NCBI GenBank assembly: GCA_964016885.1
Contig: OZ024746.1
Span: 30,256,001-30,320,000, forward strand
Reading direction: 5' to 3'
Source of the DNA: Eledone cirrhosa
Taxonomy: Eukaryota
Length of the DNA stretch: 64,000 nt
The position numbers and the translations under genes are program-made. Below are positions 28,554-43,020 of the stretch, one piece after another (within the stretch, counting starts at the first letter, position 1; every line of letters begins with the position of its first letter). The notes under the pieces were generated by a model that saw only the letters and a program-made list of their open reading frames with translations, did no database searches and had not been told where the DNA came from.

Positions 28554-29014
28554 TGCATATATATGTATATGATCTCAGCTATGTGGATGTCTTCATTGGG
28601 ATTATAACTAAATACACAATGAATAGTTTATACAACGAAGGTAATTTGAATATATGTAAATTTTGCAAAGCTGCTTCTGCATTTTACATAAATAATGTAA
28701 CAAATTCGTTTTTAATGCCATATTTATAAAGAAAGTTACTAACTATGATTTAGAAGAAATCAAATATGACCCAGAACGTTCTTATTAAATTGTCGCTGTG
28801 GCAAGCTTGACTCCACGAATCTTTATGAATCGTCTTACAGTCTCGCCATACGAAGCTAAACTCAATTATCAAATGGGGCCTAGTTAGAGTCAGTGTCTCC
28901 ACAATTCTGGAGTCAGCAAATCGTCCATGTTTAATGGAGATGTCTGATGTGGGACGCTATTATTAGCAATGTTTTCTTCTCACATCCTTGATGTTGCATT
29001 AAAGTTGACGATCA

Positions 29015-29250
29015 CTACAAAGAGAGCCGAACACAATCAAATTCTAAAATACATTGAATTATCGACAAACTAGTTTTCAGTCTGCGGTATTCAATACGGC
29101 TTGAGGGAGCTGGATCACTGACAACGAGGTTCTTGTCATTGTTCGTGGGTCGTATCATGTGTTTCACATGAGATAACTTAGCTACGCCACGTTCTAGCCT
29201 CGCTATCAAACGTGGCAATGCTGCGAGTGTGCTTTTATGTACCATCCGAC
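29015..29250 (+). pseudogene. CRE-clade (REL endonuclease) non-LTR retrotransposon C-terminal remnant
   Basis: KYIELSTN*F...GAGSLTTRFLSLFVGRIMCFT*D...SLAIKRGNAASVL, resembling the CRE QRLSxAxQRGNAAxV motif. Confidence 0.6.
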
Positions 29251-30147
29251 GTATTTTCTCGCATATTTCCTCTTTTTTATATAATTAATTTTGTTATATG
29301 ATTTGTGTTTATTTGTATCCATTCTTTAACCATTTATCATTTACATTACTCTAAATTTACTATTGTATTTTGACGGTATTTTCACACAATTATCTCACAT
29401 AATATCAAATCTAAGAGATTTTGGTATCATTTATTTTGAAAACAGTACCATAATGTCAGTATGAACGGCCAATTACGGTTGCTTTGAACAGAAAGAGGTG
29501 AGAGAATTCTGGCCGGTTACGGCCGGTTTCAATGCTGGCATTTAGAACATAACCCAACAAAATATTTATATAAAATTATAATGAAACGATTGTAGATAAG
29601 TTCAAATATTTAAGACTAATAGTTTTATATCATAGAACCAAGCGCAGCTTCTAACGGTTTGGTATCAATAGGGTTAAAACTTTAGTCAAGTGGGAATTCC
29701 TACAGAATGCCTCCTTTATTAATCTTACAGAAAGTGTGACATTCCAGTTTTGCTAGGTTTCTTCTTTTTTATTTACAGCAAGTAAAGCTGAAATGGTTCA
29801 CCGTGAATTTCTAGGCCATCAGCTACTGCCAGGTAACATAACTCACTACAATGTTAAGGATGAAACATTAGTTTCTCAATGTGTAGATGGTGTTAATGTA
29901 GCATTAACAACGAATGAATGCAAATATTATACAATTGATGCTTTCCGGAATTTTATACAATCTTTGTCACTGAATGATGACAGAAAAGAATTTGAATATA
30001 ACCCTAGAGTAATAGGGGTTTTAGTTGTTTGTAATTCCACTATAATGCGACCAAAGATATCTCGCAAAAATATATATCGTACATAAGTATTAGCGAGAGA
30101 TGCTGAATTTAATGCATTGTATATATATTTATATATGAATTAACTAT

Positions 30148-30218
<71 letters not shown>

Positions 30219-30221
<3 letters not shown>

Positions 30222-30460
30222 TACATATTAGTTTAACAATGATAACAAAGGCAAGTTATTTTACGTATTTCATTCACTGTTTTACGATCGTTTCGGAGGG
30301 TCGATCATATTGATATATTGACTGATCTATAGTAGTTAGAGAACTGTAAACTATCAGACATAATATATGGATACGATCATACCGTCTTCTTCGGAAACAA
30401 TGATTCGGATTACATTGACTTCTAATGAGTTCTAATTAGGTTACATAACCTACCAGGAAA
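30219..30460 (-). mobile_element. PLE-like terminal fragment, family K, with long-stem-II hammerhead-like motif at 30278-30399
   Basis: tgttt-CCGAAGA-[~100 nt]-GAAA-cgatcg-TA-aaaca; homolog at 63190-63440. Confidence 0.6.
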
Positions 30461-30462
30461 CA

Positions 30463-30581
30463 TCTTCTTCTTCTTCTTCTTCTTCTTCTTCTTCTTCTTC
30501 TTCTTCTTCTTCTTCTTCTTCTTCTTCTTCTTCTTCTTCTTCTTCTTCTTCTTCTTCTTCTTCTCCTTCTTCTTCTTCTTC
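30463..30581. repeat. (CTT)n microsatellite
   Basis: Direct reading. Confidence 0.98.
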
Positions 30582-30595
30582 ATATCATTATTAAT

Positions 30596-30915
30596 GGATT
30601 GGCAGTATCAGTAGAGAGTCGGACGCCATGCTTTCCAGCATAGTTACATCCCTTTACGATCTGAGTTCAAATCCCGCCGAGGTTGACTTTGCCTTTCATC
30701 CTTACGGGGTCGATAAAATAAAGTACCAGTAATGCACTGGGTAATTGCCTAACGTAGAAACAATTATTAATTGCCAGGTTCGGTACGTTTGACAAACTGC
30801 CTTTTATGCGATTTCTCCCGGCATTTTGCTTTCTGAGTTCAAATCCAGCTGAAGTCAACTTTGTTATTCATGCTTTCGAGGTTGATGAAATACAGTACCA
30901 GTCAACTTGATGCAC
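30596..30915 (+). mobile_element. SINE family 1 copy plus an adjacent diverged copy
   Basis: Same A/B box and central domain. Confidence 0.85.
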
Positions 30916-31609
30916 TAAGTAAATGTCTTTGCAAGCTTAAATTGGGAATGCCCTTCTCAGGACATAGACGTATAACAGCTCAAGCTAGATCATTCCTCGA
31001 TCTCTATGGAGATATTTTTATCATCTATTCTTTCAGTAATTTATATAAGTTTCTAATACATCACCGGGTGCACCCTTGTGTTCTTTTCAGTCATGGGTTG
31101 TTGTGAGGGTTTAGCATGTAGTCTGTTCAAGTTTAGGGTTATTTTATTGGGTATTAAACTTGTAGAATATATGTTGTGAGGGTTGTGTAGTTTTATTTTA
31201 TTAGGTACCTATTGTAAGTGTGGAGATTATTCAATTTGCGTTGCGCAATTGTATTGATGATCTCTTCCGCATGATCACGGCTGCTCGTAACATATTTTAG
31301 ATAATGCGTAATCTTGACACCTAGTTGGGTCCTATATTTTTGTTCCCATTACTACTACTACTACTATTACTATTATTATTATATGTATTATTATTACTAT
31401 CATTGTTGTTGTTGTTGTTAAAGGCAATTTGCAATTTGCAACACAATTGGCATTATGATATATTATATCGTTCACTACCAAGCATGATTTAAAATCCCTA
31501 CTGAGTCAATTCTCTTCCCAACTAATTTCCTCCGAGAATCTATCAGCATCCTTTGAAAAAGAACACATCAACCCCAATACTCTACATCATTTATCATGTA
31601 TATATATAT

Positions 31610-31684
<75 letters not shown>

Positions 31685-31685
31685 A

Positions 31686-31724
<39 letters not shown>

Positions 31725-31910
31725 TTATAATATATATAGAGAGAGAGAATAAGAGAGAGGGGGGAGGTCGAAAAAAGAAACCATATGTGGAAGACATATT
31801 TATTAAATTCATGGCTTCTACTGTGCATGCATGACTGTTGCTAGGGAGGATTTCAGCTCGAAATCATATGAGTTTGGGGTTCGATCCCTCGGCGTATACA
31901 CCCCCCCCCT

Positions 31911-31959
<49 letters not shown>

Positions 31960-32425
31960 TGTAGATAAAGTTAGTTTCTTTGTCTCGTAGTTCAGCGTTT
32001 CAACAAAAAGTGATCGATAAATTATGTACACGCGGTTCAAATACATTTGAAGTGAGGTCGATATGATCGAGTAAATCCATTCAAGTTGGTACTCCAGCAT
32101 GGCCATACTCTAAAGACTAAAACAAATAAAGAATAAAAGAATAGAAGTATACGGTATAAAATACAAACGTGCGAAACCTATTTTAGCATATTTTGATGGA
32201 AAGATGGAAAAAACAAAATGGTTTATATGCTAATGTATTTTTTCTAGAAAGCTTTTCTGGATTATGCCCATTATGTACATTAAGCAAGTAATAAGGAAGA
32301 AACAATATGAAAATAATATAATATACTAATCTAAATTCTATGGAAGCCCTGATTATATCGTCTACAGAAATGTATTTCTGAAGATGTCTTGCTTAAAAAA
32401 TGGATTATACTTTTTTATATTCATA

Positions 32426-32489
<64 letters not shown>

Positions 32490-32561
32490 CAATTATAATG
32501 TGTGTATGAAAATATAATTTTATATATATAATTATAAAATGTGTATATAATTACACAATTA

Positions 32562-32832
32562 CAGTCCTTCCATGTTGTTAACAGGCGTCCACGTTTCCTT
32601 ATTCCACCTTCTGGCTTCCAATGAAGGGATAGCTTTGAGTGTCTTGTTGGTGGCATTCTCAAATAATGTTCAAGAAATCGCAGCCAACGATCTTTCACTG
32701 TGATTGGTAGCCGTTTCTGCTTGGTTCTACCATAGACTTCTTTATTGGTTATTTTGTCTTGCCAAGAGATCTTAAGAATTTTTCTGAGGCACCTCTGGTG
32801 GAATGCATCTAGGTTGCGGGCAATTCCTGCTG
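32562..32832 (-). pseudogene. RTE-clade LINE fragment, post-RT region
   Basis: LDAFHQRCLRKILKISWQDKITNKEVYGRT...KDRWLRFLEHYLRMPPTRHSKLSLHWKPEGGIRKRGR. Confidence 0.9.
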
Positions 32833-32975
32833 TTATTTTTCTCTCAATACGTGAGAAAGAATAACTTTATTTGTAACGAAAACATATTTTCTCGTTGATA
32901 ATGAGACCCCCAAATGTTTATTGTATATAACCATACAGTATATGCTTTCATATATAAACGTTGTATAGACACATA

Positions 32976-33012
<37 letters not shown>

Positions 33013-33014
<2 letters not shown>

Positions 33015-33205
33015 CGGAGGAAATGTGGTAAGGAGCCAAGTGGACCATAACGCACCAAAGTACTCAATACTTAGGGTAGTAGAGTGGGTAATAGGAACGA
33101 GTAGGACCCCAACGGCTGAGCTCAAGCCGTTTCGACGGCTAATTTTAGTCCAGAATTAGCCGTCGAAACGGCTTGAGCTCAGCCGTCGGGGTCCTACTCG
33201 TTCCT
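33013..33205 (-). mobile_element. Fold-back element, family B
   Basis: Tail plus hairpin centred at ~33149; GAAA-cggct tgagctc agccg-TC. Confidence 0.9.
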
Positions 33206-33225
33206 ATATATATATATATATAAAC

Positions 33226-33493
33226 AATTCGAAGTTTGAAAGCGAGGACAATGCCGGTTGGATGGAAATTATTTTACATCGTATAAAACAAGGGTTGTTT
33301 TTTACCTTAATTTACTCATATGTCCTGATATTTCGAGATTATTATCTCTTCTTCCGAGAAAAATATAGGAACAATTCCAGTGTCCGAAATATAAGGACAT
33401 ATAAATAAATTAAGGTAACAAACAACCCTGTTTTATACGATGTAAAATAATTTCCGTCCAACCGGCATTGTCGTGCCTTTCAAACTTCGAATT
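33226..33493. mobile_element. Fold-back element, family H
   Basis: ~110-bp inverted arms; degenerate hammerhead-like gaagaa-gagat aata atctc-GAAA-ta-TC-agg on minus. Confidence 0.75.
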
Positions 33494-33589
33494 CTATATA
33501 CCATATACAATGCTTCAAGTAAACTACAAATTCCTTCCATATATACACACACACACATACATACACACACATATTTATATATTTATATT

Positions 33590-33679
<90 letters not shown>

Positions 33680-33906
33680 ACGAAATATGCATCGCAAAGA
33701 TAGTGGTTCGACAAATAGAGACGATAATATAAGTACGAAACTTTAAGAAATGTGTACAGAATTTGACAATATCGACTAGATCCTTTCTAGACAGAAAGTC
33801 AACATGAACACAGTCTAATTACGGAATCTGTATAAGAATAATAGTGTAAATACATAAATAATCTTATATATATGTATATATAGAGTAAATACGCACACAC
33901 ACACAT

Positions 33907-33964
<58 letters not shown>

Positions 33965-34720
33965 TTTTGTGTGCGTGTGTTTTGTAAGCGTGCTTAAGTT
34001 AGTTTGTTAGTAAATATAGGTTTCTGTGCTTAATTTCACAACACAGTTGTTTCTGTGTGTTTAATATCATAAAACTACTGAACCAAGATGTCCGTGTTTT
34101 TTTCTATTTTGCCGAGAGTGTTAAAATATCACAGCGAATCGTTACTGAGAGATTGAAACAACTTCTTTTTACTCAAGAAACTTGAAAAGGAAAACAAGAG
34201 ACAGTTTAATTTGTTGTGTCGTCATTGTATTGTTTTTGTATAACATTACAGATGTATAACATACACACACACATACACGCGCACGCACATACATGTATAT
34301 ATTTGTACATATACATAGATGCATACACACATATATACATACACATATATATATACATATAATTTTATGTGTGTATATAAGTATGAATATATGGGTGGGG
34401 GGGCGTCTGTCAGTTATTAGCATTTCGGCTGCGTAGACAATAACTGAAGCGTGTATAATGTTAAAATCAATAGTTTGTAAGTTGTTAAGTTCGTCATACA
34501 TTGATTTATATACATGTATATAGCCATATATGTTTATATATGTAAAGAAAGTTTGTAAATATTTACATATTGATATATACATATATGTTTACGCATATAT
34601 ACACACACATACACATACACACCCTTATATATATATGTGGGTTTATGACTGTATTTACGATATATGCATATATTTTATATTTATCCTTTATATATATGTC
34701 TATATGTCTATATATATATA

Positions 34721-34889
<169 letters not shown>

Positions 34890-36208
34890 GATAAATATAA
34901 AATATGTTAATTAAAAAGCACCAGAAACTTTCGTCTGTTAGACGTCAGTTTCATCCTTACAATCATTTCATTCAAGAAGTTTTCTCCTAAATCTTCGACA
35001 TAATACATTCTAAAACTTATCCTCTACTCACAACATTTGAATATAGTGTAAAACCCTGGCAACTTTTCTTCGTCTCCATTTCCATCAGGCAAATACTGTA
35101 GCTATACATCATTGCCAGACCTATAATTAACGCTACATATTATAGAGCGTCCTATTAAATAATGAACAGAAAAACAAAATTCAAAAGGAGAAAGTGAAAG
35201 AATACGAGTATAATATATTTAGATTGTACAAACGTGATTTAGATTGTGCAAATAAAACGTTAATTTACGAAATGTATGAGATGGTAATTCTTTGAAAATA
35301 TAAATTAAAGTGTTGTTTTGTTTTATTTGTCTTTTTATTATTATATGTTTGTTTCTCCCTGTTGTATTTGAAATATATTTTAAGTATTAGGCATGAGTGA
35401 TTTATGTTAAGTCTGAAGTCTGAAGTTATGTCCTAATATTTGAACGTCTACATTTCTTTGCTTACTTTCGGTTCTTTCTACATATGATTATCGTGGCTTG
35501 CACTTCATTGTAATTTGAAGAACGTAACTTGATGTTTTACCCAGACAAATACCAGCCCAGTACCCGGGAATCATTTAGCGTGACATGTAGGCTGCTTTCC
35601 TATCGCAGCTCAAAATAGTACTGTTAGGCTGAGGGGAGAGCAAAAGGCCAGATGGCATCACGTTTTCTGATGTCAGTTTCAGTGGGTGTCGCTAGCCATT
35701 CTCTGCAGCAATGCCTATGACATTTTGTTCACGGAGTGCGACTGAGACACCGCTCAGACTGGGGTGTAGTACAGTGTCTGAAATTGGATTGTCCAAGACT
35801 GTTTGGAAGCCTGTCGGATGGACTGTATTTTCAATTCAAAGGGCAAGCCCGATCGCAATCCACTTGTGCTGAATCTCCTTGAGAATTATATTAAGAACAC
35901 ACGTGTCTGTGGAATTTTCAGCCATGTACACATTAATTTCACGAGCAAGATGCTCCAATGGCCGAACATTTGAAACACTCCCCGTTGAGGCCGATGGATG
36001 TCCACTCATTCCTTGTTACGGCTGCAATGAATAGTTGGCACAGACTGCATGTCATATGCCTAATATAAGGAAATTATCAACGTGCCATTTTATTTACACA
36101 GTTACAGTGAACTTTACAGAAAACCAATCAGCTTTTAGATTTGATATACAAGGTGAGTATTTTGTACACACACACACACATACATACACAAACACACACA
36201 CACACACT

Positions 36209-36209
36209 C

Positions 36210-36297
<88 letters not shown>
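36209..36297. repeat. (GATA)n microsatellite
   Basis: Direct reading. Confidence 0.97.
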
Positions 36298-36298
<1 letters not shown>

Positions 36299-36946
36299 CC
36301 GAAGGTTCAGTGGTATATATATATATATATATATATGTGTGTATGTGTGCGTGCGTGTGAGTGTGTGTAAATTGCAATAATTCATAATTCATAGGTGTTG
36401 TACACATTTAAATAAATTGTGTTCTCAATGTTGACACATCATTATAATAGCTGATATTTTGTAAGTATGAAATTATTGATTTTGTTGGTTTTAACTTAAA
36501 CCAAGATACAATAACTTGATATGTTTAACGACTAAAACAAATGACAAATTTGTATTTCAAGTAGAGCAATTAAATTGTGTGGCCTATTTAGTTTACAACT
36601 AAATATTGAACTGCCACTTGAAATTATCAAGAATATAACGATATTATTTATGATACGAGTTAACATAGAAACTCTAAAAACTTCAGAGTTGTGTTTCTAT
36701 GAATCCGAAAGAGCAGACAGAAACTTAAAATGGCTATAATAACAACATAACCGAGAAATATAAATTTCAAAGACTCTCTTTTCTACGTTTTAGTTATATT
36801 CTTCGCTCCCCAATAAATCGAACGACGCTGCAGTAAAAAATTTAGCAACAAAAGAAATAGAAAAATTGTTAGTGTCTCGAATACGGTTATGCTTAGATAG
36901 GTACAAATATGTACTCAATTGCATTCATACATATGTGTGTGTAAGT

Positions 36947-37213
<267 letters not shown>

Positions 37214-37302
37214 TCTACCTGGAGTTGCGGCCGATAGATAGTACTAACAACTGGAAAGACCGACGAAAACATTGTTTCCACGGTCCGATTGGACGAAAGT
37301 CG

Positions 37303-37333
<31 letters not shown>

Positions 37334-37521
37334 ATAAAAAGGACAATTTGTTATGTCTTCATTGTTATGTCGCTATTGATCAGGTCAGGGTTCAATGTGT
37401 ATCGATCTAGCCCATCTCTGGAATCAAAAACTCGTCGGACCTCAGTTGTTGTAATGACATTACAACCCCTAGATATATGGAGAGGGGTTATGAGTGTGTA
37501 TGTGTGTGTCTATATGTGTAT

Positions 37522-37559
<38 letters not shown>

Positions 37560-38132
37560 AAGTTTATTACTGTCGAAAATCTATGTAACACGACGCCTGC
37601 AGCCTGGTGACGCCCATACCTGTAATTGGTGTATGTTTGTTGAGGTTTTGCCGAAAAGGCTGCAGCATGGTTTTGAAGGACGTGTTTGAATCTTAATTTG
37701 TCTAATGCGGCATTCACCTTGTAGGTGGGCTGGCTTGGACAATTATGGTAGGTGTCCGTGGATAGCATGGGTTTGGTGTAGATTTTTATACGTTCAATTT
37801 AATGCTACTTACCCTTCCATATACAGTAAAGTACTCAATACATTAACAGAGTGTTAACATCAGATTTAATATAGAAATGGTTTCTACGGACAATAAATAT
37901 GTCATTCAAATGAATGAAACAGTTCTAGTCCTGTAGAAGCCATTTCTATATTAAACTGTATACATACAAACATACATATATATATGTGTGTGTGTGTGTC
38001 TATGTGTATGTATATATATATATACATATATATATATATTCCGTCCCCCACCAACACCCCACTCTCCAGAGCGTGAAATTAATAAACATTTGTTGTACTG
38101 CCTCTCTGTTTTGTCCCTGTTCAAATTTTTCC

Positions 38133-38167
<35 letters not shown>

Positions 38168-38169
<2 letters not shown>

Positions 38170-38356
38170 CGAAGGAAATGTGGTAAGGAACCAGGTGGAT
38201 CATAACGCACCAAAGTACTCAATACTTAGGGTAGTAGAGTGGGTAATAGGAACGAGTAGGAGGCCGACGGCTGAGCTCAAGCCGTTTCGACGGCTAATTC
38301 TGGACAGAATTAGCCGTCAAAACGGCTTGAGCTCAGCCGTCGGGGTCCTACTCATT

Positions 38357-38359
<3 letters not shown>
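38168..38359 (-). mobile_element. Fold-back element, family B
   Basis: Near-identical to 33013-33205. Confidence 0.9.
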
Positions 38360-38444
<85 letters not shown>

Positions 38445-38973
38445 CATATAGGTATATTTGTGAAAGAGACGCTTACTAATAAAATGTAATAAAGAGACAA
38501 CTAGATTTATATTAGAATATTTAAAATTGTTATAATAATAAACCGAGATAATTTAATTGCATATAAACATTTATTATCAAGGAATTAAGAATTTGTTTTC
38601 ACAAAACTCAACAATATTGCTATGAGCAACAAAACGTCACACTGTCACAGTTGAATTAAAACCAACCACAGAATGTCAATTAAGTATGCACCTTTCCCAT
38701 AAATGGTCTAGTCTTTCCTATATAAACAAATTATATTCCACACACATATTTGTTGAATCAGGTGATTATTCTGTACAACAAGGTAGTCATTTCTAGGTAA
38801 TTTAATAGTGTATTTTCTGCCAGTTTCTTTGTTTGTTGGTTTATTTCGCTAAGCTGTTTTATTATAGAATATTAGTAAATTTTAATTCGATAGAAACGTA
38901 TTTCTATGGGGAATGATTCTCAACAAAAGACAACCTAACTCAGAATGATTACTCCTTATTATATATGTTGTGC

Positions 38974-39024
<51 letters not shown>

Positions 39025-39119
39025 TATATATATATATAGATATATAGATATATACATATATATAGTGTGTGTGTAGTTTGTGTGTATGTATATATATATA
39101 TAAACGTATGTATATATTC

Positions 39120-39205
<86 letters not shown>

Positions 39206-40084
39206 TTGTGTGTGTTTATCTACATATATATGTATGTGTCGATGAGTTTAGTTGCTGTATATTTGAAATAAATATAGTCATGCTTATCAGGTGGAAAAAC
39301 TTAATTACAGGATGCAGTACTGGGGCACAAAATGTCGAAAACAAAAATGGCGAATGACCAGTTACTTCTATACAAAATAATATAGACGAAGTTTTTACGC
39401 TGTGGAAAAAGGTCACGTATATTGCTTTCCAAAACCCCTCTTTATTTAAACGAATTCTCCAAATGACCTCATCCACCAATTGCAACTAATACCACTCCAG
39501 AATGTTATAGAAACGAGAAAATATATTTATACATAGAGAACAATTGACACCAAATATTGTGTATATATATTATGTTTTTAACAAAGGACATGAAATTGTT
39601 ATATAGGTAGAATGTTAATTAAAAGAAAGAAGTGCTTATAATTACATAAGCATGGATACCATATATTGTTTCATTATTATATCTATTAGAATGTAATAGA
39701 AATTGTTAGAGAGTGAGAATAACAAGCGAAAGAGAGAAATGTTAATAATTCGAAAAAAAGTATACATAATGTTCTGTACATATTATGTTTATACCAAAGT
39801 ATATGGAATTATTATATAGCGAAAAGGATAGAAATCATTATACAATAGAAGGATAGAAACGTTTATACTAAAGAATGGATACATAATAACCTGTTATCTC
39901 TTTGTAAAGAAAAACAGAAAGAAAGAAGTAAAGAACGAAATAGACTAATAAATAAAGATAGAAACAAATAAACAGTTCATATATATATAGACTAATAAAT
40001 AATAATAAATAATGATAGAAAGAAAAAAATCAAAAAAACAGTTTATTGTGTGTGTGTATGTGTGTGTGCGTCATATATATGCAT

Positions 40085-40178
<94 letters not shown>

Positions 40179-40319
40179 CCACTCTTCCTTAATTTAAATG
40201 GTTTATCTTTTTTAACACATCTTACTTTTTTCGTGCTTTTTTCTTCCTTTTCCTCTGTTTCGTTCCCGAGACCTTCGTACTATAAGAAACACCACACGTT
40301 TCCCTGACGTCACTCAAAT

Positions 40320-40606
40320 ACTATGTGTACTTGTTATAGCTTAAATGCTATAAATTAATGTTTTGTACTCTGTCTCTAACTTAACAGTACAGCATTTGTT
40401 TTGTGTCAGACGCTGTCACCAAAGAGAACATGACGACTAGAGCTTCTTCTGTCAAAAAACATCTTGACAGATGCCGCAGCCGAGATATTGAGAACACCGC
40501 AGAGGCGATGGAAAGGAATGTGGGAAATATCAGAATCTAAGAGGCCATTATAATCAACTCGAAAAAGCCAGAGATAAATAATAGATTAGAAAAGCATGAA
40601 GAAGAT
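40320..40606 (+). pseudogene. Penelope-like GIY-YIG endonuclease remnant
   Basis: ...TTRASSVKKHLDRCRSRDIENTAEAMERNVGNIRI*EAIIINSKKPEINNRLE: SSVxxH...EAIxI...PxIN pattern. Confidence 0.7.
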
Positions 40607-40705
40607 TGTCTACTATAACAGCTCCACCCATACATATTTCAGACACAGACCAGTTAGGGAAGAACACATGTAGGGTTCGTTTTTGTTTGGAAGCGATTCC
40701 GTTTC

Positions 40706-40743
40706 ACATTTGAAAAGGGGTTGTCAGCCCTGAAATATCATGT
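40706..40743 (+). ncRNA. Minimal hammerhead, U3-A8 variant, downstream of the GIY-YIG remnant
   Basis: acat-TTGAAAA-gggg ttgtcag ccct-GAAA-ta-TC-atgt. Confidence 0.6.
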
Positions 40744-41101
40744 TGAAATATACGGGGGGAAAACTTTACTTTCTTTTGTTTTATTTGTCATCCTTTGCCA
40801 TTTATATAATTCTACAGCACTCTACGGACTTTTTGAAACTTTATTATGTATACATATAAAGGGAGAGAAAGAGAGAGAGTGGGGGGGGAGTGGGGGGAGA
40901 GAGAGAGAGAAAGAGGCTTGCCAGATATATGTATGTAGGTATGTATGTATGTATGTATGTATACTCTGGTTATGACTTTCGTTTTTGTATACATATATCT
41001 AGTATTTATAGGATATTGTCTATTTACTTTGATTCTGTCTATATATAGCCAATTTTTATTTAATTTCCTTTATTACATATATATACACATATATATATCT
41101 A

Positions 41102-41184
<83 letters not shown>

Positions 41185-41437
41185 TTATTTATTATTTATT
41201 TATGTTGCGTGTATGAGTATTTCATGATATCAACAAATTTTAAATATATAAAACAATATATGAAATGAGAAAAAACAGTGTTTCGAAACAGACATTTGTG
41301 ATTGGTTTTGTTGGATTTTTTATAGGTGTCTTTAGAAGTTGAATATTTTATTTTCAGATTATTTATAACTATCTCCTTCAATTTGTGATTATATACTATC
41401 ATATTTCTACACTATATATGTATATGTCTAAATAATA

Positions 41438-41474
<37 letters not shown>

Positions 41475-41477
<3 letters not shown>

Positions 41478-41712
41478 AATGTTCTATTTAAAGTTGTTAG
41501 GATACAACAAGTAAATATTTTTATAACTGATATAAAGCACTCGACAAGTTTTTGGAGTAGATATACGATATTAATAAATGGAAACTATATTTATAAAACC
41601 ATATCTATTTCATTATACATATTTCAGGGATACCATATTAATATGGTATCCCTGAAATATGTATAATGAAATAGATATAGTTTTATAAATATAGTTTCCA
41701 TTTATTAATATC

Positions 41713-41719
<7 letters not shown>
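41475..41719 (-). mobile_element. Fold-back element, family I, folded in ribozyme stem II
   Basis: Palindrome 41560-41719 centred on ataccatattaatatggtat; homolog at 46945-47221. Confidence 0.9.
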
Positions 41720-41756
<37 letters not shown>

Positions 41757-41788
41757 TTTTTGTTTTTTTCATATATATATATATATAT

Positions 41789-41942
41789 AACGAAGTGAGT
41801 GTGGTAAGGAACCAGGTGAACCATAACGCACCAGAGTACTTGATACTTAGAGTGGGTAATAGTAAAAGGGTCAGGTCAAGACCACCGACGGCTGAGCTTC
41901 GGCCGTTTCGACAGCTAGGTCTGAACAGTTCAGACCTAGCTG
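41789..41942 (-). mobile_element. Family B variant with a short fold-back
   Basis: cagctaggtctgaac a gttcagacctagctg hairpin after gccgtttcg. Confidence 0.75.
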
Positions 41943-42069
41943 ATACGAATGAACCAGTTTTAGTCCTGTAGTGTCATTTCTATATAAACTAAAGATGCCT
42001 ATATTCTACTAAGGTATCACCTCCTTACTCAGCTGGAATCTACGCATCATGTATATATATATATATATC

Positions 42070-42127
<58 letters not shown>

Positions 42128-42624
42128 CATACATATAAATCTCTATTCCTGTCTGTATCTCTTTATTTATTTATTTTCTTGTGTGAGTTACAATAAATGG
42201 TATTACAAGAGATATCACAAAAGGAGCAATGATTTTCTCATCAAACTAACATTAATGATCATTTATAGAAGAATAAAATCAAAGCACACCGTGAACAATA
42301 CCTTATAAAAGGGAATGAGGGGAGGCAGAAAATAATGAAATTTATAAAATGCAATAAACAACATAGAACAACATACTCTCTTTCTATATCATTACAATAC
42401 AGGATATTATATATATATATATATTGTTATACTTGGGGAGGGTCATATTTGTGTAATATTGCCAGAATTAATAACAGAACACACTCACTGTTTGGTTGGT
42501 TTTCGCTTTTCGCTTCTTTTATATCGGTAATCTAATTTATTCGGTCCTCAATGTTGCCATTGACTGACCAACGGTCAAAAATAATACAGATACAATATAG
42601 ACACAAATACATATATATAGTTTA

Positions 42625-42663
42625 TCAAAGTTCTTTCGTTGCACATCTGCAACATCGTCAGTG
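42625..42663 (-). ncRNA. Minimal hammerhead, family J variant
   Basis: ca-CTGACGA-t gttgca gatg tgcaac-GAAA-gaac-TT-tg. Confidence 0.75.
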
Positions 42664-42852
42664 GTGCTATTGTTTCCTCCCGTTACATTGTATTTTCTAC
42701 TGTTAAACTTTGGGAGGGTCATGTTTCCAATAAGAAACACACGCACCAGCTGCTTTCACTCCAATTTATTATAAATTAAATTCATAAATTTAAGAATTTA
42801 TAAATTTCCGGCTGGTTGGTTGGTTCCACAACCGGACGGTTGTTCATATATT

Positions 42853-42895
42853 GTCAAAGTTCTTTCGTCACACATTCTGTGACCTCTTCAGTGAC
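42853..42895 (-). ncRNA. Minimal hammerhead, family J
   Basis: gtca-CTGAAGA-g gtcaca gaatg tgtgac-GAAA-gaac-TT-tgac. Confidence 0.85.
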
Positions 42896-43020
42896 TAGGG
42901 ATTATTTTCTTTGTTTTGTGCCTCTCCTTTGTTCTGTCCTACGCCTTCTTGTTTTTGTGTGTGTTGTGTGCTTAGTTTGCGCATGTGTTACATCCGGGTG
43001 TCTGTGTTTTCATTTTGTCC

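Noticed and set aside
28780-29010. RTE reverse-transcriptase fragment (GKL..RIFMNRL)
   Set aside because: Too degenerate to support without a profile search.
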